64,000 bases of DNA. It comes from Oculatellaceae cyanobacterium bins.114. Its GTDB lineage: Bacteria; Cyanobacteriota; Cyanobacteriia; Elainellales; Elainellaceae. The position numbers were made by a program, and so were the translations under genes. The stretch lies in contig JANRJA010000077.1 in NCBI GenBank assembly GCA_033764315.1, positions 64,001-128,000 of the forward strand, given 5' to 3'. Below are positions 51,008-60,277 of the stretch, one piece after another. A model generated the notes under the pieces. It ran no database searches. It saw nothing but the letters and a program-made list of their open reading frames with translations, and was not told where the DNA came from. Position 1 is the first letter of the stretch. Each line of letters opens with the position of its first letter.

Positions 51008-51657
51008 CGACCTAAATCGTGCAAAGCGTGAATTGCATCAACACATTGCTGAGTTACGGCTGCCAATTCTTCCCGTTGAGTCGAGTGAGGAGGGGCAATT
51101 AACTGCCCCACTCGAACCGTTACTGGGACAGGTCGGGGCAAAAAACTCCCTTTAGAGACAATTCGATGAGTGCCCCATAGACTGACGGGTAATAGAGGTA
51201 CCTGAGCTTTTGCTGCAACCATCGCAGCACCCAACTTGGCAGAGGGAATGCGCCCATCAGGAGTACGGGTGCCCGACAGGAAGATGCCCACTGCCCAGCC
51301 TGCCTCTAATTGAGCCAAAGCTGCTCGAATGGCACTGCGATCGGGAGACCCACGCTTGACAGGATAAGCTCCATAGAGCCGGATCGCTTGCCTTAAACCT
51401 GGAACTCGAAATAATTCCTCTTTTGCCATATATGACACAGGGCGACGCATGCAGACAGATAACAATGGGGGATCAAAATCGCTGGCATGATTTGCCACGA
51501 CGATTAAAGGGCCATTGTGGGGAATATGCTCTAACCCGTGCGATCGCCCTCGAAAATAAACTTGCAGCATTGGAGCAATCACCAACCACTTGAGTAAGTG
51601 ATAGAGTTGCAAGCTCAACCAGGGTTCACGACGATTGCCCATAGGAGTATCAATCAA
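51004..51657 (-). CDS. plsC: 1-acyl-sn-glycerol-3-phosphate acyltransferase
   Basis: NHASDFDPP (HxxxxD), MAKEELF, GTRT. Confidence 0.92.
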   Translation of the reverse strand: MIDTPMGNRREPWLSLQLYHLLKWLVIAPMLQVYFRGRSHGLEHIPHNGPLIVVANHASDFDPPLLSVCMRRPVSYMAKEELFRVPGLRQAIRLYGAYPVKRGSPDRSAIRAALAQLEAGWAVGIFLSGTRTPDGRIPSAKLGAAMVAAKAQVPLLPVSLWGTHRIVSKGSFLPRPVPVTVRVGQLIAPPHSTQREELAAVTQQCVDAIHALHDLGR

Positions 51658-51684
51658 ATCTTAGGATGCTTTCGAGTGAGTAGA

Positions 51685-52572
51685 TTATAGTTCCAAAGCA
51701 TCTAACGCAGAGAGACTACTGACATTGATCAGAGTTAAAGGGCATGTCCGCTTAATTAAGCCAGTTAAAACGTTACCAGGGCCAACTTCAATGACTTGCT
51801 CGACTCCCTCGTCTGCCAGTTGTAAGGAGATCTCTCGCCACCGAACTGAGCCAGTCATTTGACGAGTTAGCCGATCCTTAAGCGTCGCCGCATCGCTAGC
51901 GGGGGTCGGGTCTACGTTTGAAAGGACAGGAACCTGAGCATCGGCAAAGGCAATTGGTTCTAGCACAGTTTGAAATTCAGTCGCCGCAGGTGCCATCAAA
52001 GGTGAATGAAATGCCCCACTGACGTTGAGTTTGACGGCTCGTTTGGCTTTGACTTGCGACAACACACTATCTACCCCTTCGGCAGTGCCAGAAATCACAA
52101 CCTGTCCTGGATTGTTGTCATTGGCTAAGACGACAGCAGGGGTCTGCTGAATTTTCTGTTCTAACTCTGTGCGATCAAACCCCATCAAAGCTGCCATGAC
52201 TCCCTCAGAGGCGTGATCCATTAACTCAGCCCGACGTTTGACCAGACGTAATCCTGTTTCAAAGTCAAAAACTCCAGCGGCATAGAGCGCACCATATTCA
52301 CCCAAACTATGACCAGCCACCAGGTCAGGGGTATAGCCGCGCGATCGCAATACATCGACTAGCAAACTTTCAACCGTATAGAGACAGGGTTGGGTATAAA
52401 GCGTTTTAGACACTTTATCTTCTTCGCTTTGGCAGACCTCTGCCACCGACCAACCCAAAATTTGCGTTGCTGACTCTAATTTGGCTTGAGCCTCTGGTAA
52501 CGCAAACAAATCTGCTCCCATACCAACGGCTTGAGAGCCTTGCCCTGGAAACACCCACGCTGTTTTAGTCAT
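51685..52572 (-). CDS. fabD: Malonyl-CoA:ACP transacylase
   Basis: FPGQGSQ, GHSLGEY, VSGAFHS. Confidence 0.96.
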   Translation of the reverse strand: MTKTAWVFPGQGSQAVGMGADLFALPEAQAKLESATQILGWSVAEVCQSEEDKVSKTLYTQPCLYTVESLLVDVLRSRGYTPDLVAGHSLGEYGALYAAGVFDFETGLRLVKRRAELMDHASEGVMAALMGFDRTELEQKIQQTPAVVLANDNNPGQVVISGTAEGVDSVLSQVKAKRAVKLNVSGAFHSPLMAPAATEFQTVLEPIAFADAQVPVLSNVDPTPASDAATLKDRLTRQMTGSVRWREISLQLADEGVEQVIEVGPGNVLTGLIKRTCPLTLINVSSLSALDALEL

Positions 52573-52586
52573 GCCAATCTCGTTCC

Positions 52587-53591
52587 TTATCTGCCCCATT
52601 TAAACACTGCTGCACCCCATGTCAGTCCTGCGCCAAAGCCAGAAGCAGCAATGACATCTCCAGGCTGAATTTTGCCTTGGCGAACTGCTTCATTCAGGGC
52701 AAGCGGAATCGAGGCAGCAGAGGTATTGCCGTAGTCTGCCATATTACTCAAGACTTTGTGGTCAGGAATCGTGAGTCGTTGAGCAACGGCATCTAGAATG
52801 CGTTGATTAGCTTGATGGAGAAGGAGCCAATCCACTTGATCGACGGTGAGATTTGCCCGAAATAGGGCTTTTTCTATCACTTCAGGAACTCGCTTGACCG
52901 CAAAACGATAAACTTCTTGACCATTCATCGTGATGGTTTGAAACGTGCCCTGACCAATGGTAATGGTTTCAGTGAGGGGTTTAGGTTCTGGCTGATAAGC
53001 CAGATTTAGTAAATTATGTTGAGTGCCATCACTCCGCAGCTCAAACCCCAACAGGCGATCGCTTGTGTGAGCTTGCAGCACAACGGCTCCTGCTCCGTCT
53101 CCAAATAACACACAGGTGCGGCGATCGCTCCAATCGGTCCAACGAGATAAAACATCAGCTCCGATTAGCAAGACCGTTTTATAGGCCCCTGTGCGAATGA
53201 ACTGAGCCGCTGTCACCAGCCCAAACACAAATCCTGAGCAAGCAGCCGTTAAATCAAATGCCACTGCTGCTGTCGCCCCCAAAGCTCCCTGAATTTGGCT
53301 AGCGGTGCCAAACAAATCATCAGGCGTGGATGTCGCCAAAATAATTAGATCGACATCTAAGGGAGTCAGACCTGCCATCTCCAGAGCTTGCTGGGCTGCT
53401 GTAGTGGCGATCGCCTTGAGGGAGGTTTGTGGGTCAGCCAAACGCCGCCGCCGAATGCCTGTGCGAGAGGCAATCCACTCATCAGATGTTTCAACAATCT
53501 GACTTAAGCCATCGTTGTCTAAGGAGGTAGATGGTGCGGCAGAACCGCAGCCAGTGATGGCGACCCCTAATCCTAGTTGTTGTTGCGGCAT
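52587..53591 (-). CDS. fabH: 3-oxoacyl-ACP synthase III
   Basis: AACSGF, FGDGAGA, HQAN, GNTSAAS. Confidence 0.96.
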   Translation of the reverse strand: MPQQQLGLGVAITGCGSAAPSTSLDNDGLSQIVETSDEWIASRTGIRRRRLADPQTSLKAIATTAAQQALEMAGLTPLDVDLIILATSTPDDLFGTASQIQGALGATAAVAFDLTAACSGFVFGLVTAAQFIRTGAYKTVLLIGADVLSRWTDWSDRRTCVLFGDGAGAVVLQAHTSDRLLGFELRSDGTQHNLLNLAYQPEPKPLTETITIGQGTFQTITMNGQEVYRFAVKRVPEVIEKALFRANLTVDQVDWLLLHQANQRILDAVAQRLTIPDHKVLSNMADYGNTSAASIPLALNEAVRQGKIQPGDVIAASGFGAGLTWGAAVFKWGR

Positions 53592-54629
53592 CTACTCACC
53601 ACTCTCTGTCGTCGCAGTCGTCACATTGTCATACTGAGACCGGATGCGTTCCAGGACTCGATGATCTACGGCCTCTTTAGCAAAGCGAACCGCATTAAAG
53701 ATCGAAGGTGCCTGTGAGCTGCCATGACTAATAATGCAGATTCCTGCCACTCCCAGCAGCAGTCCTCCACCGTGCTCAGCATGGTCAATGCGTTGTTTAA
53801 TTCGACGCAGATTAGGTTTTAAGAAAGCCGTCCCAATTCGGCCACGGATTCCCTGAGGAAGTTCTTCCCGCAAGATTTGCAGCAAGACCTCACCCATTGC
53901 CTCAGCAAATTTGAGCAACACATTCCCAACAAAACCATCACAGACGACCACATCAAAGTGACCCGTTAGCACATCCCGCCCCTCAGCATTACCCACAAAG
54001 GTAATCTGAGAATTGTTTTGTAACAATTCATGGGTGCGTAGGGCTAAATCATTTCCCTTGGATGGCTCTTCACCAATATTAAGTAACCCCACCTTGGGCT
54101 CGTCGATCTCCAAAACGTATTTGGAATAGACGGTGCCCATAACCGCAAACTGTTCTAAAAACTTTGGACGACAATCGACATTTGCCCCGACATCCAAAAC
54201 TAAAACAGGTTTACCTGCCACCATCGTTGGCAACACTGTGCCGATAGCAGGGCGATCAATTCCAGGTAAGCGACCTAACCGCAGCAAAGCTGAAGCCATT
54301 GCTGCGCCTGAATGACCCGCAGAAACAACGGCATCTGCCCGTTTCTGCTTGACTAAATCCATTGCGACATTAATAGACGCTTTTGGTTTACGCCTGAGTG
54401 CACCTAGAGGCTCTTCATGCATCTCAACCACTCCATCAGATGGCACGATTTCCATCTGAATTGAGGAGTTGTGATGCTTCATACAGGCTTCAATCTGTTG
54501 GGGATCACCCACCAGCAAAACCTCTACCCCTAGCTCTTGCTGTGCTCTTAATGCGCCAGCAACTATTTCAGTGGGGGCGTAGTCCCCTCCCATCGCATCT
54601 ACCGCGATCCGTGCCCGAGTTGATCCCAT
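53592..54629 (-). CDS. plsX: Phosphate acyltransferase PlsX
   Basis: IAVDAMGGD, SAGHSGA, LDVGAN, NIGEE, CDGFVGN, HGSS. Confidence 0.96.
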   Translation of the reverse strand: MGSTRARIAVDAMGGDYAPTEIVAGALRAQQELGVEVLLVGDPQQIEACMKHHNSSIQMEIVPSDGVVEMHEEPLGALRRKPKASINVAMDLVKQKRADAVVSAGHSGAAMASALLRLGRLPGIDRPAIGTVLPTMVAGKPVLVLDVGANVDCRPKFLEQFAVMGTVYSKYVLEIDEPKVGLLNIGEEPSKGNDLALRTHELLQNNSQITFVGNAEGRDVLTGHFDVVVCDGFVGNVLLKFAEAMGEVLLQILREELPQGIRGRIGTAFLKPNLRRIKQRIDHAEHGGGLLLGVAGICIISHGSSQAPSIFNAVRFAKEAVDHRVLERIRSQYDNVTTATTESGE

Positions 54630-54813
54630 TGATCAAAGTTATAGAAACCTCAAAGATTTTATCAGATGGACTCTACTCATGACGGTGAAGCTTGAAGGAT
54701 GGACTTAGGATTTTTTATCTTTATCGCCAAAATAATCCTCACAACCGTTCAAAATCAACGATCCATCCCTATAATCCGTATTCTTGAGAAGACATCTGAG
54801 TTTTTGCCAAACG

Positions 54814-55542
54814 CTATTCTTCTCCGGGTGGAACGATGCGCTGGAAGGAATAACCCGTCCCTCTCGCCGTTAGAATCAGTTCTGGATTGCTGGGATCATC
54901 TTCTAACTTGGCTCGTAGTCGAGAAATATGGACATCGACGACTCGTGTATCGACATGCCGCTCAGGGGTATAGCCCCATACCTCTTGTAAAATTTCGGAA
55001 CGAGAAAAAGGCTCACCCGATCGACTTACTAGCAATTCCAGCAAGCTAAATTCCATACCAGTCAAGCGAATACGCTCATCTCCCTTATAAACTTGACGCT
55101 TATTCGTATCAATCCGAATGGTATTGATTTGAATCACGCCTGAGCTAGGAATACCAGTCGTGCCAACTTTTTCAACTCGTCGCAGCACCGAGCGAATTCG
55201 AGCTTCTAATTCTTTAGGAGAGAAGGGCTTAACCACATAATCGTCTGCGCCCAACTCTAAACCCGTGATCCGGTCTGCCACATCGCCCAAGGCAGTGAGC
55301 ATAATGATGGGTACGTCTGACTCTTTGCGAAGCTCTTGGCAGACCCCATAGCCATCGAGTTTGGGCATCATCACGTCCAGTACTACCAAATCGGGGTCAG
55401 CATGACGAAATGTTTCGAGTGCTTCTTCACCATCTGCGGCAGTCACAACGTCATAGCCGATCATTGAGAGGCGCGTTTCAAGGATGCGGCGGATGCTTGC
55501 TTCATCATCTACAACTAGGATCTTTTCTTTTTGACTGTCCAA
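54814..55542 (-). CDS. rpaB: OmpR-family response regulator RpaB
   Basis: KEKILVVDDEASIRRILETRLSMIGY...WGYTPERHVDTRVVDVHISRLR; TTG start at 55542 after AAGGAG. Confidence 0.95.
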   Translation of the reverse strand: MDSQKEKILVVDDEASIRRILETRLSMIGYDVVTAADGEEALETFRHADPDLVVLDVMMPKLDGYGVCQELRKESDVPIIMLTALGDVADRITGLELGADDYVVKPFSPKELEARIRSVLRRVEKVGTTGIPSSGVIQINTIRIDTNKRQVYKGDERIRLTGMEFSLLELLVSRSGEPFSRSEILQEVWGYTPERHVDTRVVDVHISRLRAKLEDDPSNPELILTARGTGYSFQRIVPPGEE

Positions 55543-55887
55543 TTTACTTAACACTCCTTAAAGTGATTTCGCGATATTAAATTTATCCACTTTATCATTA
55601 AGATATTACCCCATCCAAATAGTATAGGAACGCCAAACTTGCCACTATAACTACGCTTCAGAGTTTTTTAAGATTTGATCGGTTTTCTTCAGTTATTTAA
55701 ACGAATTCAGAGTAGTGTTGCTCCTAAATTTAGGGATGATTTGCCCAAAATATCTTTAGTTTTGATTCCTAAAACGTTTCATTGTAAACCTCGATCCTGT
55801 TTTCTATAAAGCAATTTTTCTATCGTGTTAATAGTTAGGATTGCTATCTTCCAGCCTTTTATTGGATGAATAAATTGGGATTAACGC

Positions 55888-57372
55888 ATGCCAAAATTGC
55901 GATCGCTCTATGTCTGCAATCAGTGCGGGGCAGAATCTCCCCAATATTTTGGGCGATGCCCGTTTTGTAGTAGTTGGAACTCAATGGTAGAGCAGGTTGC
56001 CTCCTCGACTCTAGCAACTCCAAGTCGCGCTAGTACTGCCGCCGCCGCACGCGCAACGAGTAAAGCTCGCAGCGGTTCTGGGCAAAATACCCCCCCTCAG
56101 GCGATCGCCGCTCTGACCCTACCCGAAATTACCGATCATCCTCAAATTCGCTTACCTTCTAGCTATGTTGAGCTTGATCGGGTGTTGGGCGGAGGCATTG
56201 TGCCAGGTTCCCTGGTTCTCATTGGGGGCGATCCGGGCATTGGTAAATCTACATTGCTGCTCCAAGTGGCAACTCGGTTGGCTGGGCAATATCGAGTTCT
56301 CTATGTCTGTGCCGAAGAATCGGGGCAGCAGGTCAAACTCAGAGCACAGCGGATTGGTGTGACAGCAAAAGAAAAGAAAGAAGGAAAAGAAACAATAGAA
56401 GGCTCAAAGCCAGCCTCTTCTAGTTTGTATTTGATGCCGGAGACCGATCTAGAGACCGTATTGCTGGAGTTAGAGTCATTGCGCCCACAAGTTGCCGTGA
56501 TTGATAGCATTCAGGCCCTCTATTTTGCAGCATTAAACTCGGCTCCGGGTTCCGTGGCTCAGGTGCGAGAATGTACGTCAGCGTTGATGCAGGTAGCCAA
56601 ACGAGAGCATATCACCCTGTTTATTGTGGGGCATGTCACCAAAGAAGGGGCGATCGCCGGGCCAAAAGTACTAGAACACCTAGTAGATACCGTCCTTTAT
56701 TTTGAGGGCGATCGCTTTGCCAGTCATCGACTGTTGCGATCGGTCAAAAATCGTTTTGGTGCAACCCATGAACTGGGAGTATTTGAAATGGTCGATCGCG
56801 GTTTAGAGGAAGTGCTCAACCCCTCTGAGTTGTTCTTGGGCAATCGCAACGAACACAGCTCTGGTACGGCCACCATTGTTGCCTGTGAGGGGACTCGTCC
56901 TCTGGTAGTAGAGTTGCAAGCGTTAGTCAGCCCGACTAGCTATGCGTCACCTCGTCGCTCTACAACAGGCATTGAATACAATCGCTTTCTGCAAATCTTA
57001 GCGGTGTTAGAAAAGCGCGTTGGCATTCCTCTATCTAAGCTAGATGCCTACGTCTCCTCCTCTGGGGGGTTAAATGTGGGAGAACCTGCCGCTGACTTGG
57101 GAGTCGCGATCGCGGTTGCTGCCAGTTTTCGCGATCGCGTAGTGGATCCGGGGACGGTCTTAATTGGTGAAGTCGGTTTAGGGGGGCAAGTTCGTTCGGT
57201 GTCACAGTTAGAGCTACGCCTCAAGGAAGCTGCCAAATTGGGGTTTAAGCGAGCGATCGTGCCTGCCCATCAAAATGGCGTTAGCTCAGAGTTAGAGGTG
57301 ATCCCTGTGGCACGGGTGGTGGATGCGATCGCCACTGCTCTATCAGGAAGTACTGCTGAGACAGAGGAATAG
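55888..57372 (+). CDS. radA: DNA repair protein RadA/Sms
   Basis: CxxC...CxxC zinc finger, GDPGIGKST, KNRFG, Lon-like C-terminus. Confidence 0.97.
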   Translation: MPKLRSLYVCNQCGAESPQYFGRCPFCSSWNSMVEQVASSTLATPSRASTAAAARATSKARSGSGQNTPPQAIAALTLPEITDHPQIRLPSSYVELDRVLGGGIVPGSLVLIGGDPGIGKSTLLLQVATRLAGQYRVLYVCAEESGQQVKLRAQRIGVTAKEKKEGKETIEGSKPASSSLYLMPETDLETVLLELESLRPQVAVIDSIQALYFAALNSAPGSVAQVRECTSALMQVAKREHITLFIVGHVTKEGAIAGPKVLEHLVDTVLYFEGDRFASHRLLRSVKNRFGATHELGVFEMVDRGLEEVLNPSELFLGNRNEHSSGTATIVACEGTRPLVVELQALVSPTSYASPRRSTTGIEYNRFLQILAVLEKRVGIPLSKLDAYVSSSGGLNVGEPAADLGVAIAVAASFRDRVVDPGTVLIGEVGLGGQVRSVSQLELRLKEAAKLGFKRAIVPAHQNGVSSELEVIPVARVVDAIATALSGSTAETEE

Positions 57373-57381
57373 GTGGTTTAA

Positions 57382-57542
57382 CGTGAATTCGAGATAAGGA
57401 TTTTGGCGGTTGAAACCGCAACTACAGGAGCAAAACCGACCTGCGTCGGTTCACTCAATCCTTGATTCTCCGTAGTTCGCGAAGGCGAACTTTGCTCTGA
57501 TAGCTGCGAATTTATTCGCTAGGCTCTTAAACCGAACTGACG
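57382..57542. mobile_element. MITE with TIRs and target-site duplication
   Basis: TIR CGTGAATTCG / CGAACTGACG; flanking direct repeat (G/T)TGGTTTAA at 57373-57381 and 57543-57551; four internal hairpins. Confidence 0.7.
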
Positions 57543-57590
57543 TTGGTTTAATACTATTGCTAAAAATCTGGACTACACATCAATATCTTC

Positions 57591-57618
57591 GTAGGGATGT
57601 TTCGCGAAATGCCCCTAC
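57591..57618. repeat. GTAG-type REP-like palindrome
   Basis: GTAGGGATGTTTCGCGAAATGCCCCTAC. Confidence 0.7.
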
Positions 57619-57625
57619 TGCTGAT

Positions 57626-57696
57626 CTATAGCAATCCAATATGGGGTGCGACTCTCACAACCTCCTAATTTCACAAATGATTTAGGACTGCTATAG
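57626..57696. mobile_element. Short MITE-like element
   Basis: TIR CTATAGCAATCC / GGACTGCTATAG (11/12). Confidence 0.6.
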
Positions 57697-57881
57697 AACC
57701 GTTTTGAGCCGAAAGGCAATTCAGGCTGCATCAAACCTATTTATATTTTCTTAAGAATTGCTGTCAATCAGTCAAAACAAACCTTTACTGATGTTTCTAT
57801 CCTTTGATCGAAGGGCATATTTAACAGTAAAGGATGGATTCTCTGCACCCTAGCTTTGCCAATAGTTAACCTTATCTTTAA

Positions 57882-60173
57882 ATGACCAAAGCTCCTCTGA
57901 CTGAAAACGAGTTAGACCGCTTGCGTGCATTGGTTCAGTGCAGAATTTTAGACACTCCCCCAGACGTCATATTTGATGATATTGCTCGGCTTGCAGCCCA
58001 AATTTGTAATACTCCCTTTGCATTTGTCGGTTTGATGGATGCTGAACGGCAATGGTTTAAGGCAAAAGTGGGCTTAGACACATCGGAAATCTCGCGAGAT
58101 GTTGCTTTTTGTAATTACACCATCCTGCAATCTAGCTCTTTAATCGTTCCCGATACCCTATTAGACGAACGCTTTAAAGACAACCCTTATGTGCTTGGGG
58201 AACCCCACATTCGCTTTTATGCTGGAGTGCCACTCATCACATCAGAGGGGTATGGATTGGGAACCGTTTGTGTTGTGGATCAAACCCCACGAGAGTTGAG
58301 CGATCAACAAATTCAAGGATTAGAAGCGTTAGGGCGGCAAGTCACTCAGCAGCTTGAATTACGCCGCAGCCTGTCAGCTGTAGAACAAACCATTTTTGAA
58401 CGTCAGGCTATCTCGCCCCAGCCCGGTCAGGTTGGTCGATCTAGAGGTTTTCTACTGGGAGGTCTTTTAGCCACATTACTGTCAATTGGGGTTTACGCTC
58501 AGATCACAACGAATAGGCTTCAATCAGAGGGGGTTCAGGCAATCTGGGAGGCTGTGTTCATGCCTCTGGCACGAGGGTTATCTCAAGTTCAGTTGCCTGG
58601 ATTGAGTCAATTAGGACTGGCGATCGCTCCGCTGCTTTTTTATGCCCTTTACCATGCAACCTGGCAGCAGCGACAAATCAAAAAAGTTTTAAAGACAGAG
58701 CGCAATTTTACCAGGGCACTTCTAGATACAGTGGGCGCGTTAGTGGTGGTGCTCGACACGCAAGGCAGAATTGTTCGGTTTAATCGAACCTGTGAACAAA
58801 TCACGGGTTATTCATTTGAAGAGGTGAGACACAGGTATGTTTGGGACGTTTTTTTGCCAATAGATGAACGAGAAGCGGCTAAGGCACAATTTGCAGACGG
58901 GCAGACCCAGCGATTTCCGAGAGTATGTGAGGGCAGTTGGTTAACCAAATCAGGTCAAAAACATCCGATCGCCTGGTCACAGACGGCTTTGTTTGATCAA
59001 TCTGGGTCAGTGCAATATGTGATTAACACTGGGCTTGACCTGAGCGATCGCAAGCAAGCTCAAGCGGCTCAATCGCAATTAGCAGCGATCGTTGAGTCCT
59101 CTAACGATGCCATTATCGGCATTACGTTAGATGGCAAGATTCAGACCTGGAATGCCGCAGCAGAGAGAATGTATGGCTATTCTCCAAACGAGGTTCAAGG
59201 TAAGCCAGTCATTTTCTTGGCACAGCCCATGACATTAGAAGAGGATTTAGCGTCTAGCCAACAATCGTTGGCTCAGTTTTTAGAACCCAATCAGACTCAG
59301 CATGTGAGGAAAGATGGAAAGCGCATGGATGTGGCATTAACCCTATCCCCTATTCGAGAAATCGATGGTAGCGTCACTGGAACGTCAATTATTGCTCGTG
59401 ATATCACTGCACTAATGGCAATTGAGCGCATGAAAGATGAGTTTATTGCGGTCGTCAGTCATGAACTAAGAACTCCACTTGCTTCTTTAAAAGGTGCTTT
59501 AGAGTTGTTATTAACTGGGAAATTAGGGAATTTATCTGAGAAAGGGCAACGGATGTTAAAAATAGCCCTGGTCAATTCAAATCGATTAAATTTCTCAATT
59601 AATAATATTTTGAATGTTGATCCTAAAAATTATCAATTGTCAAAGCGATTGTGTGATGTTGCTGACATTATTCAATCGGCTCTCAAGTCAGTGCGGGCGA
59701 TCGCTGATGAAACGGGCACTGTCATTTCAGCAACGGTTATCTCTGCGCAGGTATATGCTGACCCTGAGCGGCTCGCTCATGTGTTTGAGCAGTTGCTCCA
59801 TAATGCGATTAAATTCTCCTCAAAACCAGGAGAGGTTGTCATTACGGTTGAGCAACTCGTTGATACATCAGTAGAAATTGATGTTAATCACGCCCTAACA
59901 ACTCAAAACCAAATTCTCATTCGAGTGCAGGATCGGGGGATCGGCATTCCTGCGGACAAATTAGAAATTATTTTTGAGCGGTTTTACCAGATTGATGCTT
60001 CTAACTCTCGACCCAAAGGAGGCACAGGGTTGGGGTTGGCGATTTGCCGCAATTTAATAGAGCAGCATCAAGGGCGTATTTGGGCAAAAAGTTGTTTAGG
60101 AGAAGGAAGCACATTTCACATCGTGTTGCCCTGCATTATTGGGCAGACTGATAACAAGACAACGATTGGTTAG
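57882..60173 (+). CDS. GAF-TM-PAS-PAS histidine kinase
   Basis: GAF (ILDTP..FD...QWFK...FCNYTI...IRFYAG), hydrophobic segment(s), two PAS, VSHELRTPL, LLHNAIKFS, GGTGLGL. Confidence 0.92.
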   Translation: MTKAPLTENELDRLRALVQCRILDTPPDVIFDDIARLAAQICNTPFAFVGLMDAERQWFKAKVGLDTSEISRDVAFCNYTILQSSSLIVPDTLLDERFKDNPYVLGEPHIRFYAGVPLITSEGYGLGTVCVVDQTPRELSDQQIQGLEALGRQVTQQLELRRSLSAVEQTIFERQAISPQPGQVGRSRGFLLGGLLATLLSIGVYAQITTNRLQSEGVQAIWEAVFMPLARGLSQVQLPGLSQLGLAIAPLLFYALYHATWQQRQIKKVLKTERNFTRALLDTVGALVVVLDTQGRIVRFNRTCEQITGYSFEEVRHRYVWDVFLPIDEREAAKAQFADGQTQRFPRVCEGSWLTKSGQKHPIAWSQTALFDQSGSVQYVINTGLDLSDRKQAQAAQSQLAAIVESSNDAIIGITLDGKIQTWNAAAERMYGYSPNEVQGKPVIFLAQPMTLEEDLASSQQSLAQFLEPNQTQHVRKDGKRMDVALTLSPIREIDGSVTGTSIIARDITALMAIERMKDEFIAVVSHELRTPLASLKGALELLLTGKLGNLSEKGQRMLKIALVNSNRLNFSINNILNVDPKNYQLSKRLCDVADIIQSALKSVRAIADETGTVISATVISAQVYADPERLAHVFEQLLHNAIKFSSKPGEVVITVEQLVDTSVEIDVNHALTTQNQILIRVQDRGIGIPADKLEIIFERFYQIDASNSRPKGGTGLGLAICRNLIEQHQGRIWAKSCLGEGSTFHIVLPCIIGQTDNKTTIG

Positions 60174-60277
60174 TTGATGGCTCACCTATAAATTCAAAAT
60201 TGGCGATCGCAGCCCTATTTGGGCATATAAAGCGACATCAATAGTTAATCTGCCTCGCGCAAAGATATTCCCTAAGT

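Noticed and set aside
55583-55591. TTATCCACT near rpaB/radA as a DnaA box or oriC
   Set aside because: Single 8/9 match; no box cluster and no dnaA/dnaN nearby.
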